Shown here piece by piece: positions 51,280 to 64,000 of a stretch of 64,000 nucleotides of DNA. The notes under the pieces are model-generated. The model did no database searches, was not told the origin of the DNA, and saw only the letters and a program-made list of their open reading frames with translations. Origin of the DNA: Camelus dromedarius (lineage: Eukaryota); contig NC_087436.1 of NCBI RefSeq assembly GCF_036321535.1, forward strand, positions 70,992,001-71,056,000. Reading direction: 5' to 3'. Numbering within the stretch: position 1 is the first letter of the stretch; every line of letters starts with the position of its first letter. A program made the translations under genes and the position numbers.

Positions 51280-51872
51280 TAAAGTAAATTTGATCTCTTA
51301 AAAGTTACTGATTTACAGAAAACTTGTGAAATAACACAGAGTTCTCATATACCCTGCACCCAGTTTCCCCTATTATTAACATCTTACATTAATATGGTAC
51401 ATGTTCAACAATTAATAAACCAATAAACATACTGACTAATGTCTATAATTCAAACTTCCTTAGTTTACTAGATAACTTTTTTCTGCTCCAGCATCCCATC
51501 CAGGATACTATATTATGTTCAGTTGTCTTCTGAGACTCCTGGCTGTGACAGTTTCTTAAACTTTCCTTGGCCTGGCTAGCCTTGACAGATTTGAGAAGTC
51601 CTGGTCAGGTATTTTGCAGATGGACTTCTGTCGGGATTTAACTGATGTTTTTCTCATGAGTAGACTGAGTTCGGGGAGAAGACTGCAAAGGTAAAATGCC
51701 ATTTCCATCGTCTCATATCAGGGGTACATACTATCAACATATTTGTTCACTATTGCTGTTGACCTTGGTCACCTGTCATTGTCTCTTTGTAAAGTTGCCC
51801 TCCCCACTCTTCTTTTCATACTGTACTCTTTGGAAAGAAATCACTATGTGCAGCTCACACTTAAGGAGTGCA
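51280..51872 (-). mobile_element. L1MD-like 3' end
   Basis: cagagttctcatataccctgcacccagtttcccctattattaacatcttacatt...catcccatccaggatac...ggaaagaaatcactatgtgcagctcacacttaaggagt. Confidence 0.85.
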
Positions 51873-54749
51873 GGTGCTTTTATCTTGTAATTCTGCCAGA
51901 TTAAAGGCAGTGCTACTTTATTGTGCAATAGAATGGCTGGCCTCAGTCTACTCTAGAGAACAATTTGTGCCCATCTTGGCTGTGAGCTATATCTCTTACT
52001 TAATATAAATAAATTACAGTATGCCTGTGGCTTATCCCACACCACCTTTGTACTGTGAGGAGTTACTGCTTTCTCTAATTCAAATTTAAAAGCCCATATC
52101 AGCCAAAGCTCTTTTATCCTATTCCTGTAAATTAGAAATAGTCAACATACGCCACAGCCTGAAGTGGGATGTCGGAGCCTTACAATGTTTAAAACCTCAA
52201 AGATTTCCCTTCCCTGGAAGGGAACTGGAAGTGCAATTAGGTATTCATTTGGTAGAATTGTCCCATTACCCTCACATGTGTAGGTGATAAAAACCTCAGT
52301 AGCACCAGTGTAACAGGCTCAAATAAAACAGCTGTGTCTGATCCATTGCTCATGCAATTAACCATAAGGACTAAGTTCCTGGCTGTTTCACTGTGAAAAG
52401 TAAGTAGTGGAACTGTAGCTTGAGACTACGCAATTCTGTCTTCCATAACTAGGGAGAGTGGCGGGATGGTCTTTAGCTTCTTTTAACAAGACTGTCAGTT
52501 AAAGCAAGCATGGAGTACAATTCTACCACAGTGAACATTCATCCCTAACAAGTAACAAACATCTCACAGATTTGCATTTGTCCATGGACCACACAGAGTG
52601 TAGTAGCCCTGGTCTAGGGGACGGTACACAAGGGCTTCTCAGTTGTCTGCGCTTTAGCGTTGCCCTCAGAATATAATTGAGACAGAGCTGTATGACTTTA
52701 GTTATTGGAAAAATCTGCTTAGAGCTCTTCCTTGCTATTATTCTAGGCATTTTTTTTTAAATCTAAAATCAAGAAGAACTCTAATTTCAGAGATGAGAAG
52801 AGCATAGAATCATTCAGGAAGCACACAAGGGATTAGATTCTGACATCAGGAAATCACACCTACGTAACCTTGTAAAGTCTAGAATAACAGAAGGAAGGAT
52901 TCCACTGGGAATGCAGAATATTTTTTTTTTAATAAGGAGACATCAAATTTATGTGAATTCCTCTATCTCCCTCATCTCTGATAGGAAGAGCCATTAAGTC
53001 CTCCATTAAATCCATTCAATTCAATCCCCTCAGATGCTCTTTAGTCTGTTCTGGCCTCTCCATTCCCACCGCCTCTGCTAAGTGCAAGAATCTCATTCCT
53101 CCTGTATAATCATTCATAGCCTCTTACTTGTTTCGCTCATATTTTGTGTACCCTGCTTCATTTCCTTAAACATTTCAACACATATTTTACATTGGGTTTC
53201 CAATCATCCCAATATCAGAAGTACTGGAGTATCTAATTGTTTGAAAGTTGAATTTGTATGTATATAAATAGATTGATGAATAGATTTAAGTGAATATTGC
53301 TGCCGTAGTCCACTGAAATTTAATATTAAGATGTAGATTATTTTCTGGTCTAGCGGATTCCTTTTTTGTCCCGCAAAGAAAGTAGTACTATGTTTTCTTC
53401 AAAAGAGACAGGCCTCAAAGACTGTACAGCTCTCTGCTATTTGAAGGGGGGGGGAGTTGTTTGTTTTGGTAATGCTAATATAATCATCCAATGTCAGAAA
53501 CATGCTTCTGAAAAGTCTAGTACTTTGGGATATGCTCAGTGGATCTCTGTTTTAGACAGAACTATTATACTTTGTTTCTTCTCCAAACTGAGAACATTTA
53601 GAAATATCTAATTCTTTAGAACTTTTGAGAATTGATTTGTTATTATAAATAAAAAAAGAGTATAAATAGATTTACCAACTAATCTTTTATTTTCCAGTTC
53701 TATGTAGTCAAGATGGACCAGTATGTTATTTTTCAATATTTTTAGTACTTACAGTTTGCTAAAAATGTCAAAATAATGAATGTATCTAATAAGTGATAAA
53801 TCTTTCAATTTAAGATACAGAACACAATATTTTTATTTCAAAGCCATTAATGGATAATTTGGAATGGGGCCAGTACTTTAATAGAACATTTTGATTTATT
53901 ACTGGATCAGGCAAGGTTTTACTAACTGAATTTGTTGTAAGGGGGTGACTTCTACAGAATTATATGTAACTTGGTTATAAAAAAAATCACTTCTCAAAAG
54001 TACACATTAAAACTTATATTTTTGTAATTATAATTGCATTAAAATTTCCTAACTTTCTATTCTTATAGTCCACATCCATTGTTAGAAACATGTCAAAAAA
54101 AAAGAGAAATATTAGCTAATTGTTTTTTAAGTCTCTTAAAATGTCCAGATTTCTTCATTTGCATATTATTGGGAACTCTTCATGGATATAACAAGTAACA
54201 CTAAACATAAATCTCATTTTCTTTAATTATAAAAAATTTTTTAACATAGTACATGTAATCAATGTCTTAAAAATGGTATAAACCTTACTCAAGTCTGCTG
54301 ATAAATTTGATCTTTGGCGATTTGTAGGGAGATTCTTTAAGAAAGCAAGAGTTTAGAAATAAAACACTTATTTCAAAGAAAAAACCAGATCTGTTACCTA
54401 TCTTGTATTTTTAAAAAATTATGTAATTGACTCAAATATCTTTAGCTTCAATACATTTTAAAAGAGGAAAATAAGGATGTGTTTATCAGCCAGGGATCTG
54501 GTAGACCACCGTGAAGACTAAAGAGATACTGTTTACACTGCAGTGACAACCATTTAACCCACATGAAAGTAGCCTCAATTCTACTTCCCTCCAGGCTGTG
54601 TGGTGAAGAACATTACTCATTGTTAAGTATGTAACTTTTTTCTCTTAGAACCTAAGAAAGGGAGACTTAACCTTGGGGGAGAGAGAGAAATTGGAACTTG
54701 TGACTAAAAATATCTACCATATGACTGAATCCCATCATGACCAATCAGG

Positions 54750-54975
54750 AAATTAATAGCTAATGTCTGAGTTCTCTAACGTACGAGACATTGTTATAGG
54801 TTAAATGTACTAACTTATTTAATGGTCACAAATACTTTATGAGTAGATACGACTACTATCTCCATTTAGTAGATAAGAAAACCAAATAACAGAAAGGTTA
54901 AGTCACATGTTCAATATCCACAAAGTAAATAGTTATGAAAAAGATTCAAATCCAGGTAGTCTTGCCCCAGAGTCA
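54750..54975 (-). mobile_element. MIR
   Basis: ctatctccatttagtagataagaaaaccaaataacagaaaggttaagtcac...gattcaaatccaggtagtct. Confidence 0.75.
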
Positions 54976-55499
54976 TGCATGCCATTAACAAATACTAATT
55001 TTATAACAAATATTTTTGTCAAAGTAAGTGTATGCTGATGACTTTCTCTCTAGTCCTGACTTCCGAAAGCGTTTATTAGCTCAAACAACATCCTCAGCAC
55101 CTGTTATACAACAGTAACAGTTTAAGTGCTAGGTATTGGGAAGTGATTAAATCAGGACCCCCTCACTAGGTGCTTACATTTTGTGAAGGAGGCGGATAAA
55201 ACAACAGTGAGATGTGATGAATTTTAATAGATGTATGCATGAAGTACTACAAGGGCACAAGAGAGGAATATTCTCTTCAAGGGAAGTCCAAGAAGATGGA
55301 GTAGCGTACGCAAATACTCAGTATTGAAAGAGCAAGGCTTATTCAGAGAATCACAGCTATGGAGCTCAGAATGGCTGGAGCATAAAGATCAAAGGCAGAC
55401 CGATGGGAAATGAGAATGGAAAAGAGGTGGCGGATACATCAGAAAGCATATTGTATCCAGTTGTCTATGTGGTACTGTTCACTTTGAAAACAACATGTT

Positions 55500-55690
55500 T
55501 AAAACAGAGCTCATTTGAACAAACTAGTGGTTACCAGTGGGAAGAAGGATGGGAGGTGGGGAAAAATAGGGGTTTTATAATAAATAGGTATTTTATAATA
55601 ACTTTAAATGGAGAATGATCTATAAAAATATTGAATGACTATGTTGTATGCCTGAAACTAATACTGTAAGTCAACTATACTGTAATAATA
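55500..55690 (+). mobile_element. L1 3' end fragment followed by a (TAA)n-rich tail
   Basis: gaacaaactagtggttaccagtggg...ttataataactttaaatggag...cctgaaactaatactgtaagtcaactatac. Confidence 0.8.
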
Positions 55691-55739
55691 ATAATAGTTA
55701 TAATAGTAATAATAATGATAATCATAACAGTAAACACCT

Positions 55740-56860
55740 CATTTTCTTCTGGTGAAACGTGGTCCTTTTGTGGTGTCTCTCCTGTTGGTTAACAGCACCA
55801 CAAACTACCTAACTGACTAAGGCAGAAGTATCTAAGGCATCTTAAAGGCTTCTTACTAACTAATACTTCACATCTAACGAGTCAAGCTATATTGATCCTA
55901 CATCCCAAATCTTCGAAGAGTCTCCCATTCATCTCTCAATCTAGGCTGCTACCTCTTTAGTTCAGTTCTTCTCATTTTTTGGGTCAACATCTTTTGATGT
56001 AATCCCCTAGGCTTGCTCTCCCTTCAGTGGGCTCGATGTGTTATAGGAAGCAATCATTCTAAAATACCAACACAACCATGTCACTATTATGCTTAAATCT
56101 TCAATGGCTCCCTATTACTCTCAGGAAAAACAAAATCTCCAAATCCTTAGCAAACTCAGCTCTTTACCATCTGCCCTAATCTATCTTTCCAGTGTCTTTT
56201 TCTGTACTATCTAATGGACACACACTGGAGTCTAGCTATGCTAAACTCAGTTATTCTAATGCAGGTGTTGAATAGTTTAGTGGTAAGCATGTGGCCTACA
56301 TGCTCAATCTGACTTGATTTCAAATCCTGGCAATTCAACTGTTGGCTGTGTGGTTTTAAGAAAGTGGTTTGACTTCTCTGAGACTGAATATTCTCAGCTA
56401 CCAAAAAAGAAATATAGAGAATTGTTGGTTGTGAGGAAATGAGATAATGTACTTTGTAAATTTCCTGGCCTTTATTTACATTTAATAAATATTAACTTTG
56501 TGTCTTTTTTTAATCCTCTGTACCTGCAAGTAATGCTGTTCTATCTTCTTGTAATACTTTCTTTCTGCACAAGTGTTTGCCTAACAATTTCTTACTGACA
56601 CTTTAATATTATTTGATATGGTAAGAACTCCAATAGCAAATAGCCAAAATTTCATCTCTCCCAGGGGGTCCTGCCTGGACTCCTGGAGGATTTAGAAAAT
56701 CTTGTAAAATCCTCCCACAGTGCCTCTATTATAGTAGCTATCACAGGAAGGTAATTATTCATTTTGCTGCCTCTGAGCCCTGAAGGAGGGACACTCTTTT
56801 TGCTTGCTATACTCTGGAATTTAGCAAACGCACAATAAATACTTGTTGAAGGAATGATAT
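55740..56860 (+). mobile_element. L2 fragments interrupted by a MIR (about 56260-56490)
   Basis: accatgtcactattatgcttaaatcttcaatggctccc; L2 3' end caataaatacttgttgaaggaatga; MIR ttcaaatcctggc...tgacttctctgagactga. Confidence 0.7.
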
Positions 56861-57494
56861 TGGCCAGTTCGAGAAGATGGTTTGTTGGCTTGACTGTTAT
56901 CACATTACTAATGTCTGTTATCTTCTCAAGATAATTTTAAGACTGCTAAAAATCAGGTGTTTATGTACACTTACTTATTCACTTGTTAAATACTCATCAG
57001 GGTTCTATGCTGGCACTTTGGTAGATTCAGGGATAAAAGCAACAACAATATCAACACAAATACTTAGTTTACACTGTTGATGTTTAAAACCAAAATTTGA
57101 TGTGCATAACCCCTTTCTTTCAAATAATGCTATAATCATTGACTAAAACAACAAGCTACCTGGATAAGAACTGCTTTGTCCATCTTTTTAATATATATTA
57201 ATCTGCAAACCCCTGCACAATCACTGCTCTTCAGTCATATGCACACGTGCTGGAAATACACGCAGAATTACTAAAATAGAGACTGAGTTTATTGAGATGA
57301 CACAGTAAATATCTTTTCCATTACTTTGTAGATTAAATATGCCCCGTTTTAGAAGATAATTTCTAAAACTGGAAATACTTAATAAGTCCACATATGTATC
57401 CACAGGTTGGAGTGGGGACATCCCAGGTAGAGTTGTACAGATGCATGCGTATACAGGTGAGATTCTTAGGTCTAGGTCATAGGACATTGATTTT

Positions 57495-57925
57495 GAGTGA
57501 AAATAATGCCATTTGCAGAAACATGGATGGACCTGAAGATTGTCATTCTCAGTGAAGTAAGCCAGAAAGAGAAGCAAAAATACATTATGATATCGCTTAT
57601 ATGTGGAATCTAAAAACAAGACGAACTTATTTACAAAACAGAAACAGACTCACAGACATAGAAAATAAACTTACAGTTACTAGGGGGAACGGGAGTAGGA
57701 AGGAATAAATTGGGAGTTCAAAATTTGCAGATACTAACTACTGTATATAAAATAGACATACAAGTTTATACTGTACAGCACAGGGAACTATGTTCAGTTA
57801 TCTTGTAGTAACCTATAATGAAAAAGAATATGAAAAGGAATATATGTATGCATATGTATGAACTATTATGCCGTACACCAGAAGTTGACACATTGTAAAC
57901 TATACTTCAATAAAAAAAAATAAAA
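57495..57925 (+). mobile_element. Young L1 3' end (ORF2 C-terminal tail, 3' UTR, poly(A))
   Basis: ataatgccatttgcagaaacatggatggacctg (IMPFAETWMDL)...cacagggaacta...tatacttcaataaaaaaaaa. Confidence 0.92.
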
Positions 57926-59254
57926 ATGTTTAGAAAAGAAAGAATCCAACTTAATTTAAAAAATGTTTTAAACTCTTTCTCCCTTACCCTTCTCACCTAG
58001 AAAAAAGAGAAAACCAAACCATTTGATCACTTAGATCTCCTTACGATTCTCCAGTCTACTCTCTTCATCCAGCTCTGACCCATAACTCGACGCCCTGCCC
58101 CACCTCTCGTCGCCTATGTCCCCAGTGGCCTTGTCTCAGTGCTCGTTCGACTTCTTCAGACACTGATCTTAGTATGTCCTTTTTGAAACTTCTCCTACTT
58201 TGATTTTCATAAAACGAGACACATGCTTTCCACGCCTCTCCAAGTTATCCTCGTTTGTCTTCCAGGGCTGCCTTCATTTCCTACCTTCTAGGCACCCCCT
58301 AAAGCTCTTCACACAGGCTTCTTCTCCTCCCAGTTTTCCCTTGCTGCATCAACTCCTTCCTACAGCTGCAGTTTTCACGTCCACGTGGAAGACGCCCCAA
58401 ACCTAAATTGGAAATGTGATCTTGCTGGCACACTCCAATTCCATCTTTCAGCTGCTTACTTGGTATCACCATCTGGCTCTCCTGAATTCACTTTAAATTC
58501 AGCGTGTCTAAGACTAAGTCCATATTGTCTCCAGGGGCATGTCTGTCTTTGGACTTCGTTATTTTATGCCAAGAGCATTAGCATCTTCTGGTTACTGAAA
58601 TTCTAAATCTAGCACAATCTCAATTGCCACCTTGCCCCAATTGCCAGTTCCTGCAGTGCGTACCTATTTCTCAAGTATCCCACCCACCCCTTCTTTTCCA
58701 TTTTTATTGCCTCTTCTTTAATATGGTTCTCTCACTAAGACGACAGAAAATCCCCTGCCCACACTCTCTTCCCCATTTAACTGACCCTGCTTCCTGCTGC
58801 CCTCAACTGTGCTCTCCTCTTAGGATTTGCTGTACTAAGTTTAGGTAAAGCTCCTTCTCCTCAGCTAGTTTTGGCCCCAGGGACCCATACACGCCCAGTT
58901 AGCCCACAACCCCCACCTCAGGTCCCCAGCCATAGTCCTCAAACCATGGGAGGAAAGATGGCACAGACCATCTCCTGTAATAGATAAGCCAGTGTGTATG
59001 ACACATCAGAGGGAGTAATTAACACGGTATTCAAGATATGGTCCTTTTATAGAAGTTATGCTTTTTTTTAGTGCTTTAAGAAATTTATCTTAAATAAACC
59101 AACTGCAATTAAATCAAATACACACAAATAACAGCATGTTGATTAGTGATAGCACCACTGATTATATTCTCTTTTCCACATCCCATTCTTACAGGTTTCT
59201 ACATCAGGACATTTGTCAAAGGAATAGCTTAGTTTAGGCAGCTCAAAATGTTAA

Positions 59255-59435
59255 GGCGAAAGCCTTAGATCTGGAGTCAGAAAACGTATTCTAGTTTCCT
59301 TTCCAAATCACGTCAGCTGTGTGAACTCAGGCAGCTTGGAGTGCGGCTGCAGTCCCATCCTTCCACGTTCATCTCATATGCAAGTGATGCCTGTCCTGAT
59401 TACCCCCGAGAGTTATTGGGAGGACAGATGTAAAA
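59255..59435 (+). mobile_element. MIR
   Basis: agccttagatctggagtcaga...cagctgtgtgaactcaggcag...gagttattgggaggacagatg. Confidence 0.6.
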
Positions 59436-60589
59436 ACAATCTTCAGAGGTTCCCAAACCTCTGAGAGTTCGGCTAATCATTCAAGTCATCTGGGAAAACT
59501 TCTAAGGGCCTGACCCTCAAAATCTCATTTTTAAAAAGCCCTCCAGGTGATCTGCTATTTGGAACCCATATTGTGCAAATTGTTAAAGTGAGAGTTATCA
59601 TTGTAACACTATTAGAATCTAACACTTGCCTTTCTAGGTCATTGGTCATCATCGTTTCTGAGTTTAATAGCACTTAGATTGCCTTTGGACTGCTTTTAGT
59701 TCTGGACTTTATGTAAGTAGTCATCCTGAGTTAAAACTGAAAAACTTTCGAGAATGACAAGTTCTGGCTTTTACCCTAGTGGAAACCTTGCCTTTAGGCA
59801 GAAGGCTGATAAATGGATTTAGTCATTTTAGATGATTATAGCATCTTATAGTCTAAATTGACAACATAAATTCACTCTTACGTGCAATGGATTAAGCTAA
59901 ATTCTCAAAAGTTATGGGTACTTCAGAAAACCCAGAAACATAGATTTTTTAGAGGTAATAAAATGTATTGAATGAAAAAAAAACTTCACTCTAATGCTTT
60001 TTTTGTAGTTCTGAGTATCATCCAAGAACTCTAAGGTTTTGATTTCCTAAGCATTCACCATAACACAATAATATATTTTTCCAGAAGCAATGGATTAAAT
60101 TTTACCTGCCACATAACTGTTACTAGAGTTTTGGTAAACTAAGATTTTTTCTTTTAGAGGCAGTAGCTTAAATGTAATAAGCTGCCGACATAGAATAATT
60201 TCTAACTGCTTACTTGCAATTCTTTTCTAAGATTCAGTCCAACACAAAAGAGATAATAAGCAGGGAGGAAGTCTAAAGATATCATTCCTTGATTTATTAA
60301 CATTATTTCATAGTATTCAGCAAAGCACTTATCACATTGTAGTAACACAACAAAAAGGTCAAATATATTTTGTTTAGAAAGTGCCTTGATTGACTTTGAC
60401 TACCATCTCCTTGATAGGAAACTTTCGAGTCTTTAAGCACCAGTTTACGCCAGATGCTTAACCTCCACGTTGCTTTGACACACTCCAACTCTAAGCACAC
60501 CCAGGCAGTCATGATCATGCTATTAATCAAAGCCTCCCCCTCTGTGTTTGAACTATGCGAGTGGATTTCAATTTTCCTTGCAGCACAGC

Positions 60590-60920
60590 ATAACGGATAA
60601 TCACAAAAGCTTGGGGCTCAGATTTGGGGTCCAGCACTGTTTCTATCACTTACTAGATGTGTGACTTTGGTTAATTACTCATTTATGTAAGACTTTGCTA
60701 CCAGAAGTGTGGTCTGTGGCCCAGCAGCATCTGCATCACCTGGAAGCTTTTTAGAAACTGCAGACTCTTGGCTCCACCTCAACACTACTGAGTCGGAATC
60801 TCCACTTGAAACATCCTCCATTAAAACTACCAATGGTGTGGGGGTGGGGAGAAGAACCAGGACAATAGTTCTCACAGTGTGAAGTTTTGTAAGATACAGC
60901 AGGTGACTCATAATTTAAGG
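60590..60920 (+). mobile_element. MIR interrupted by a MER5A fragment (about 60695-60815)
   Basis: cacttactagatgtgtgactttgg (MIR); aagtgtggtctgtggcccagcagcatctgcatcacctggaagc...ctactgagtcggaatct (MER5A). Confidence 0.7.
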
Positions 60921-61969
60921 ATTATTACATGGCGAGTTTTGTGTGTCTTTTAATTTGTAATAGAATTCTTGCAAGCTAGACATTACCTCACTGTCTGATC
61001 AAAAGCATTGCTAGGATTCCTAATTCATCTTGATGAACTATTTTTCCCAGGGGTGAGTGTGAGTGGGATTATATGGGGTGAGGGTTCACAATTTTTTTTT
61101 TTTTTGCATTTTGATTTGAGAATTTCAGATTAGATATAGAATGCCTTTCTCGTCTTAGAAGTAGTTCAGGGAAATAAAGCTAAGCCTTGACTCTTACTAG
61201 TACCTCTTTATTTAAAGCCTCCCCCCCCCGAGACTTTCTATGCCTTGGGGTATCCTGATAAAAGTCACAGAAGTGTGACCAATATATCCACCATGAACTT
61301 GGTAAAGGGTTGGAAAAGATAGCCCTTTCTGGATCCTCAACAGAGCCATATTTCAGGTTTAAACACACACACATCTGAATCTAGAACCTTAATCCAAGAC
61401 CAAGGAATCCTATTTTAATAAGGTTTCTCCAGGCCACTGTTTCCTGTATCCAACAAGTTGCAGTGATTTAGTCAGAGGTATGTGCTAGTGAGAGAACTGA
61501 ATTGGGCTACTGCAGCCCTCTTTGTCATTTAAGAACTACCTCTGTGTAATGAGCAAGCCACTTAGTGCCTTGGTGTGGACTGGAAATGATTACACACTAC
61601 AGCTTAGCAAATCTACCCTAGTTACCATAGTTCTCCCTGCTGTGAGGGTCAGACCTGATAACTTATGCAAAGACCCTTCACAGGCTTTCCCCATACCTAA
61701 CCTCATCCCTGTTACTCTCTTAAAGTACCTTTATCCCTTTCTCATAATTGTATAAACCTCGAAATTAATACGTTACATTTTAGCGACCTCCAACAAAGCA
61801 CATTTTCTTGTTAGAATCACTGTGGCTGCCTCCTTTCCCCTTCTAATTAAAATATGAATTCACACTTCCAGAATTCCAGAGAGACTTTCTTGCAAGCTAA
61901 AAGTCCGTTATTAGAGCTAACAGATCACCGTCCACTTTAGAGAAGGGGAAGGTTGGTTGTTGTCGCAGA

Positions 61970-62009
61970 CTGCAGCCTGCAGCCTGCAGCCTGCAGCCTG
62001 CAGCCTGCA
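61970..62009. repeat. (CTGCAGC)n heptanucleotide tandem repeat, 5 full units plus CTGCA
   Basis: ctgcagc x5 followed by ctgca, read directly. Confidence 0.97.
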
Positions 62010-62044
62010 CTGAACTCCTCGTTCCTAAGAGAATGTTAAAGCGG

Positions 62045-62200
62045 TAACGTTTATTGAATACTTAACATGTGCCAGGAACCATTCCAGGCATTTTGCACAT
62101 ACACACTCATTTAATTCTCAGATTACCCAGTGCCTACAATCAACATCACCCGTTAGTTTACAAACAAGGAAACCAGAGGCATAGTGAGGCTTAATCACTA
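62045..62200 (-). mobile_element. MIR
   Basis: tttattgaatacttaacatgtgccagg...ctcatttaattctca...tttacaaacaaggaaaccagaggcatag. Confidence 0.8.
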
Positions 62201-62319
62201 GTCATACTGATGATGCTTACTTTCCTTTGCTGTATGCGGATTGTGAATTTCACAAGAAAGTATTCGGATGTCCCTGAGCAGGACGTGAATAGCTTCTTTG
62301 GAATCCCAACTGCTGGCTG

Positions 62320-62830
62320 CTGCCCCCTGGAGGGTGACGTTACTTCAGAGAGGGAAAGGAAGGCGGTGAGCAAGCGCAGAGCCCCAAGCGCCCAGCCCTA
62401 GGGCAGCGCAGCCGCCAGGAGGTGGCAGGTGGCTGGCAGGTGGCAGACCTGGGGCTGGATCGTTGGAACCTGTTGCTGAATCTCAGCGGGGACGCTTCTG
62501 GTTCCCAGCGCCGCCGCGGCTCTGCCCTAGCGTGGTGTGCAGGTAAGGGCGCGCGTCCGGCTGCGCGGGAGTCCGCAGCCCTCGCCGCTGGCTTGGATGA
62601 TCTGTGTTAGCCACTGGAGTGTTACCTTGGGTTTTGCGACTTTACTCTTTCGACCTTTCCCAGCCCCTTGCTAGTAACACGAGCACCCTCTGGAGTCACA
62701 GTCCAGGAGGGCGTCGCTTTGGTCACCAGCCTGACTTTTGGGGGCTTCTCTGCCCAAGCTCTGGATCGTGGATGTCTGTTCCCAGGGTCGCAGAGCTGGG
62801 ATGGGGCGAGGGACCGGGGGTGCTTAAAGT
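62320..62830 (+). promoter_or_regulatory. Small CpG-rich promoter region of an unidentified + strand gene
   Basis: The only GC/CpG-rich non-repeat stretch I saw in the window (cgccgccgcggc, gcgcgcgtccggctgcgcggg); CRE-like TGACGTTA at 62335-62342; CTCF-like motifs. Confidence 0.75.
62345..62542 (+). other. Putative non-coding first exon (5' end uncertain) ending at a splice donor
   Basis: Near-consensus donor CAG|GTAAGG at 62542/62543 inside the CpG-rich region; no ATG between 62345 and 62542. Confidence 0.6.
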
Positions 62831-64000
62831 TCTCCAGAAAACCTCTCCAGAGCTGTACTGGTATAACTTCTGTGTTGAAATCTCCTTGAAGAGCATGCTT
62901 GAGTTTTCTAAACTACCCTCTTCATCTGTGATGATTATCTGCCAGAAAGGCTAAAATGAGGTTTCTTTTAGGACAGGACAGCACAGAGCCCTCAGTGAAG
63001 ACAGCTAGAGAGATTTTCAGCGATTCCTCGTGGTGATATACGGTTTCCAGTTTTGCCTCTCTTCTGCCAAACCTCCAGGCATTTTCCAGTGGTTCAGCCC
63101 TTGGCCAAAGATAGGGTCTGGTGTCAGAAAACAGGAAAATTCTCTGCTGTGCACTGTAATTTTTATTAAAGGTAGAACTATAAACTAAGAAAAAAAGATA
63201 CATTTGTTTATCCCTTTTTTCTCCTCAGCAAGACTAGATATTTCAGATTTATTTATTTTAAAGAGTCTTAAATCTAAGATGACATAAGCTAAAAGAATAT
63301 GCTTGATTTTTTTTTTCTGATCAAAGTAGTCAAAGTTATTTTAACCAGGTGTCTAAATTTCTCTTCCCATTGTTCATCCAAATCGTTTTCAGTTGATAAC
63401 AACGAATGAGGGGGAAGATGGGCAAATTGTGGTTTGGAAAATGTGGACATAGTTCTCTTTCCAGCTTCAACCCTAATTACATAAACCAAAATAGCTTGTG
63501 TAAAGTTATCTTAATAATTTCTTAAGTTATGATTGAATTTACAAAAGTGCTATGAAATGCTCGAAGATAGAAAGTTGAATGGCAATTGTGTGCAGAGTTC
63601 TGTTAGAGCCTTTTATCTGTTAAAAGCTTCTCTCAATCATTTAAGGAGAGTTCTTGCACTGTCTTTAAAGGTATACATTAATACTATTAAAAAGTAGGTA
63701 TTGTAATAATAAAATGTGCTTTCATTTTTGTTTGATAATGTGTTACTCGTGTTACTATCTTCTGCTTTTTTTTTTTAATCAACATAAAAATTTTTCTATA
63801 AACCACATCATCCAAAAAGATCTTCCTATCAGCCATATTTTCTTGATGTCTACAGATACCTTTAGGAGAGTTTGAATCTCAGACTTATTTTTTGTCTTCA
63901 TCTATTATCTATTTATTTTATCTGACATTTTTATTCTTGAGGATTTTGTGAATACATTACGAAGTATTTAAAAGCATGTATTAGAAATTTGTTGATTTTT

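Noticed and set aside
62345..62542. Assigning a gene symbol to the first exon
   Set aside because: No coding exon lies in the window and I do not recognise the 5' UTR reliably.
62210..62954. ORFs overlapping the CpG-rich region
   Set aside because: GC-rich DNA is stop-poor, several ORFs start at non-ATG codons, one runs across the splice donor, and none resembles a protein I know.
1..64000. CRISPR arrays, tRNA/rRNA genes or prokaryote-type systems
   Set aside because: The sequence is mammalian; I saw no repeat-spacer array or structural RNA gene.

Overview
AT-rich, repeat-dense mammalian intergenic DNA. It is most likely a cetartiodactyl and plausibly a camelid: it carries artiodactyl-type young L1 3' ends and a MER41_BT-like LTR, and I saw no Alu, B1, PRE-1, Bov-tA/BovB, CHR-2 or SINEC elements. 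No intact protein-coding gene is supported; the ORF track is repeat-derived or spurious. Main structures: (1) a decayed KRAB-type C2H2 zinc-finger remnant running off the left edge; (2) many old L1, L2, MIR, MER2 and MER5 elements plus an ERV-L dUTPase relic; (3) a nested ERV1 complex at about 28.9-41.9 kb. In it, a two-LTR provirus (29341-36665) with a tRNA-Arg-like PBS, decayed gag/pro/RT/IN and an ERVPABLB-1/HERV-R(b)-like env remnant sits inside a related 5'-truncated provirus. The outer provirus also carries two solo LTRs, and two more LTRs follow, all on the + strand; (4) a small CpG-rich promoter and apparently non-coding first exon of an unidentified + strand gene at about 62.3-62.6 kb, with CTCF-like motifs and an upstream (CTGCAGC)n repeat. 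I found no convincing evidence of a wholly new biological system; the nested ERV cluster is the most interesting feature. Repeat family names are from recalled consensus sequences, not database searches, and most boundaries without a stated TSD are approximate.
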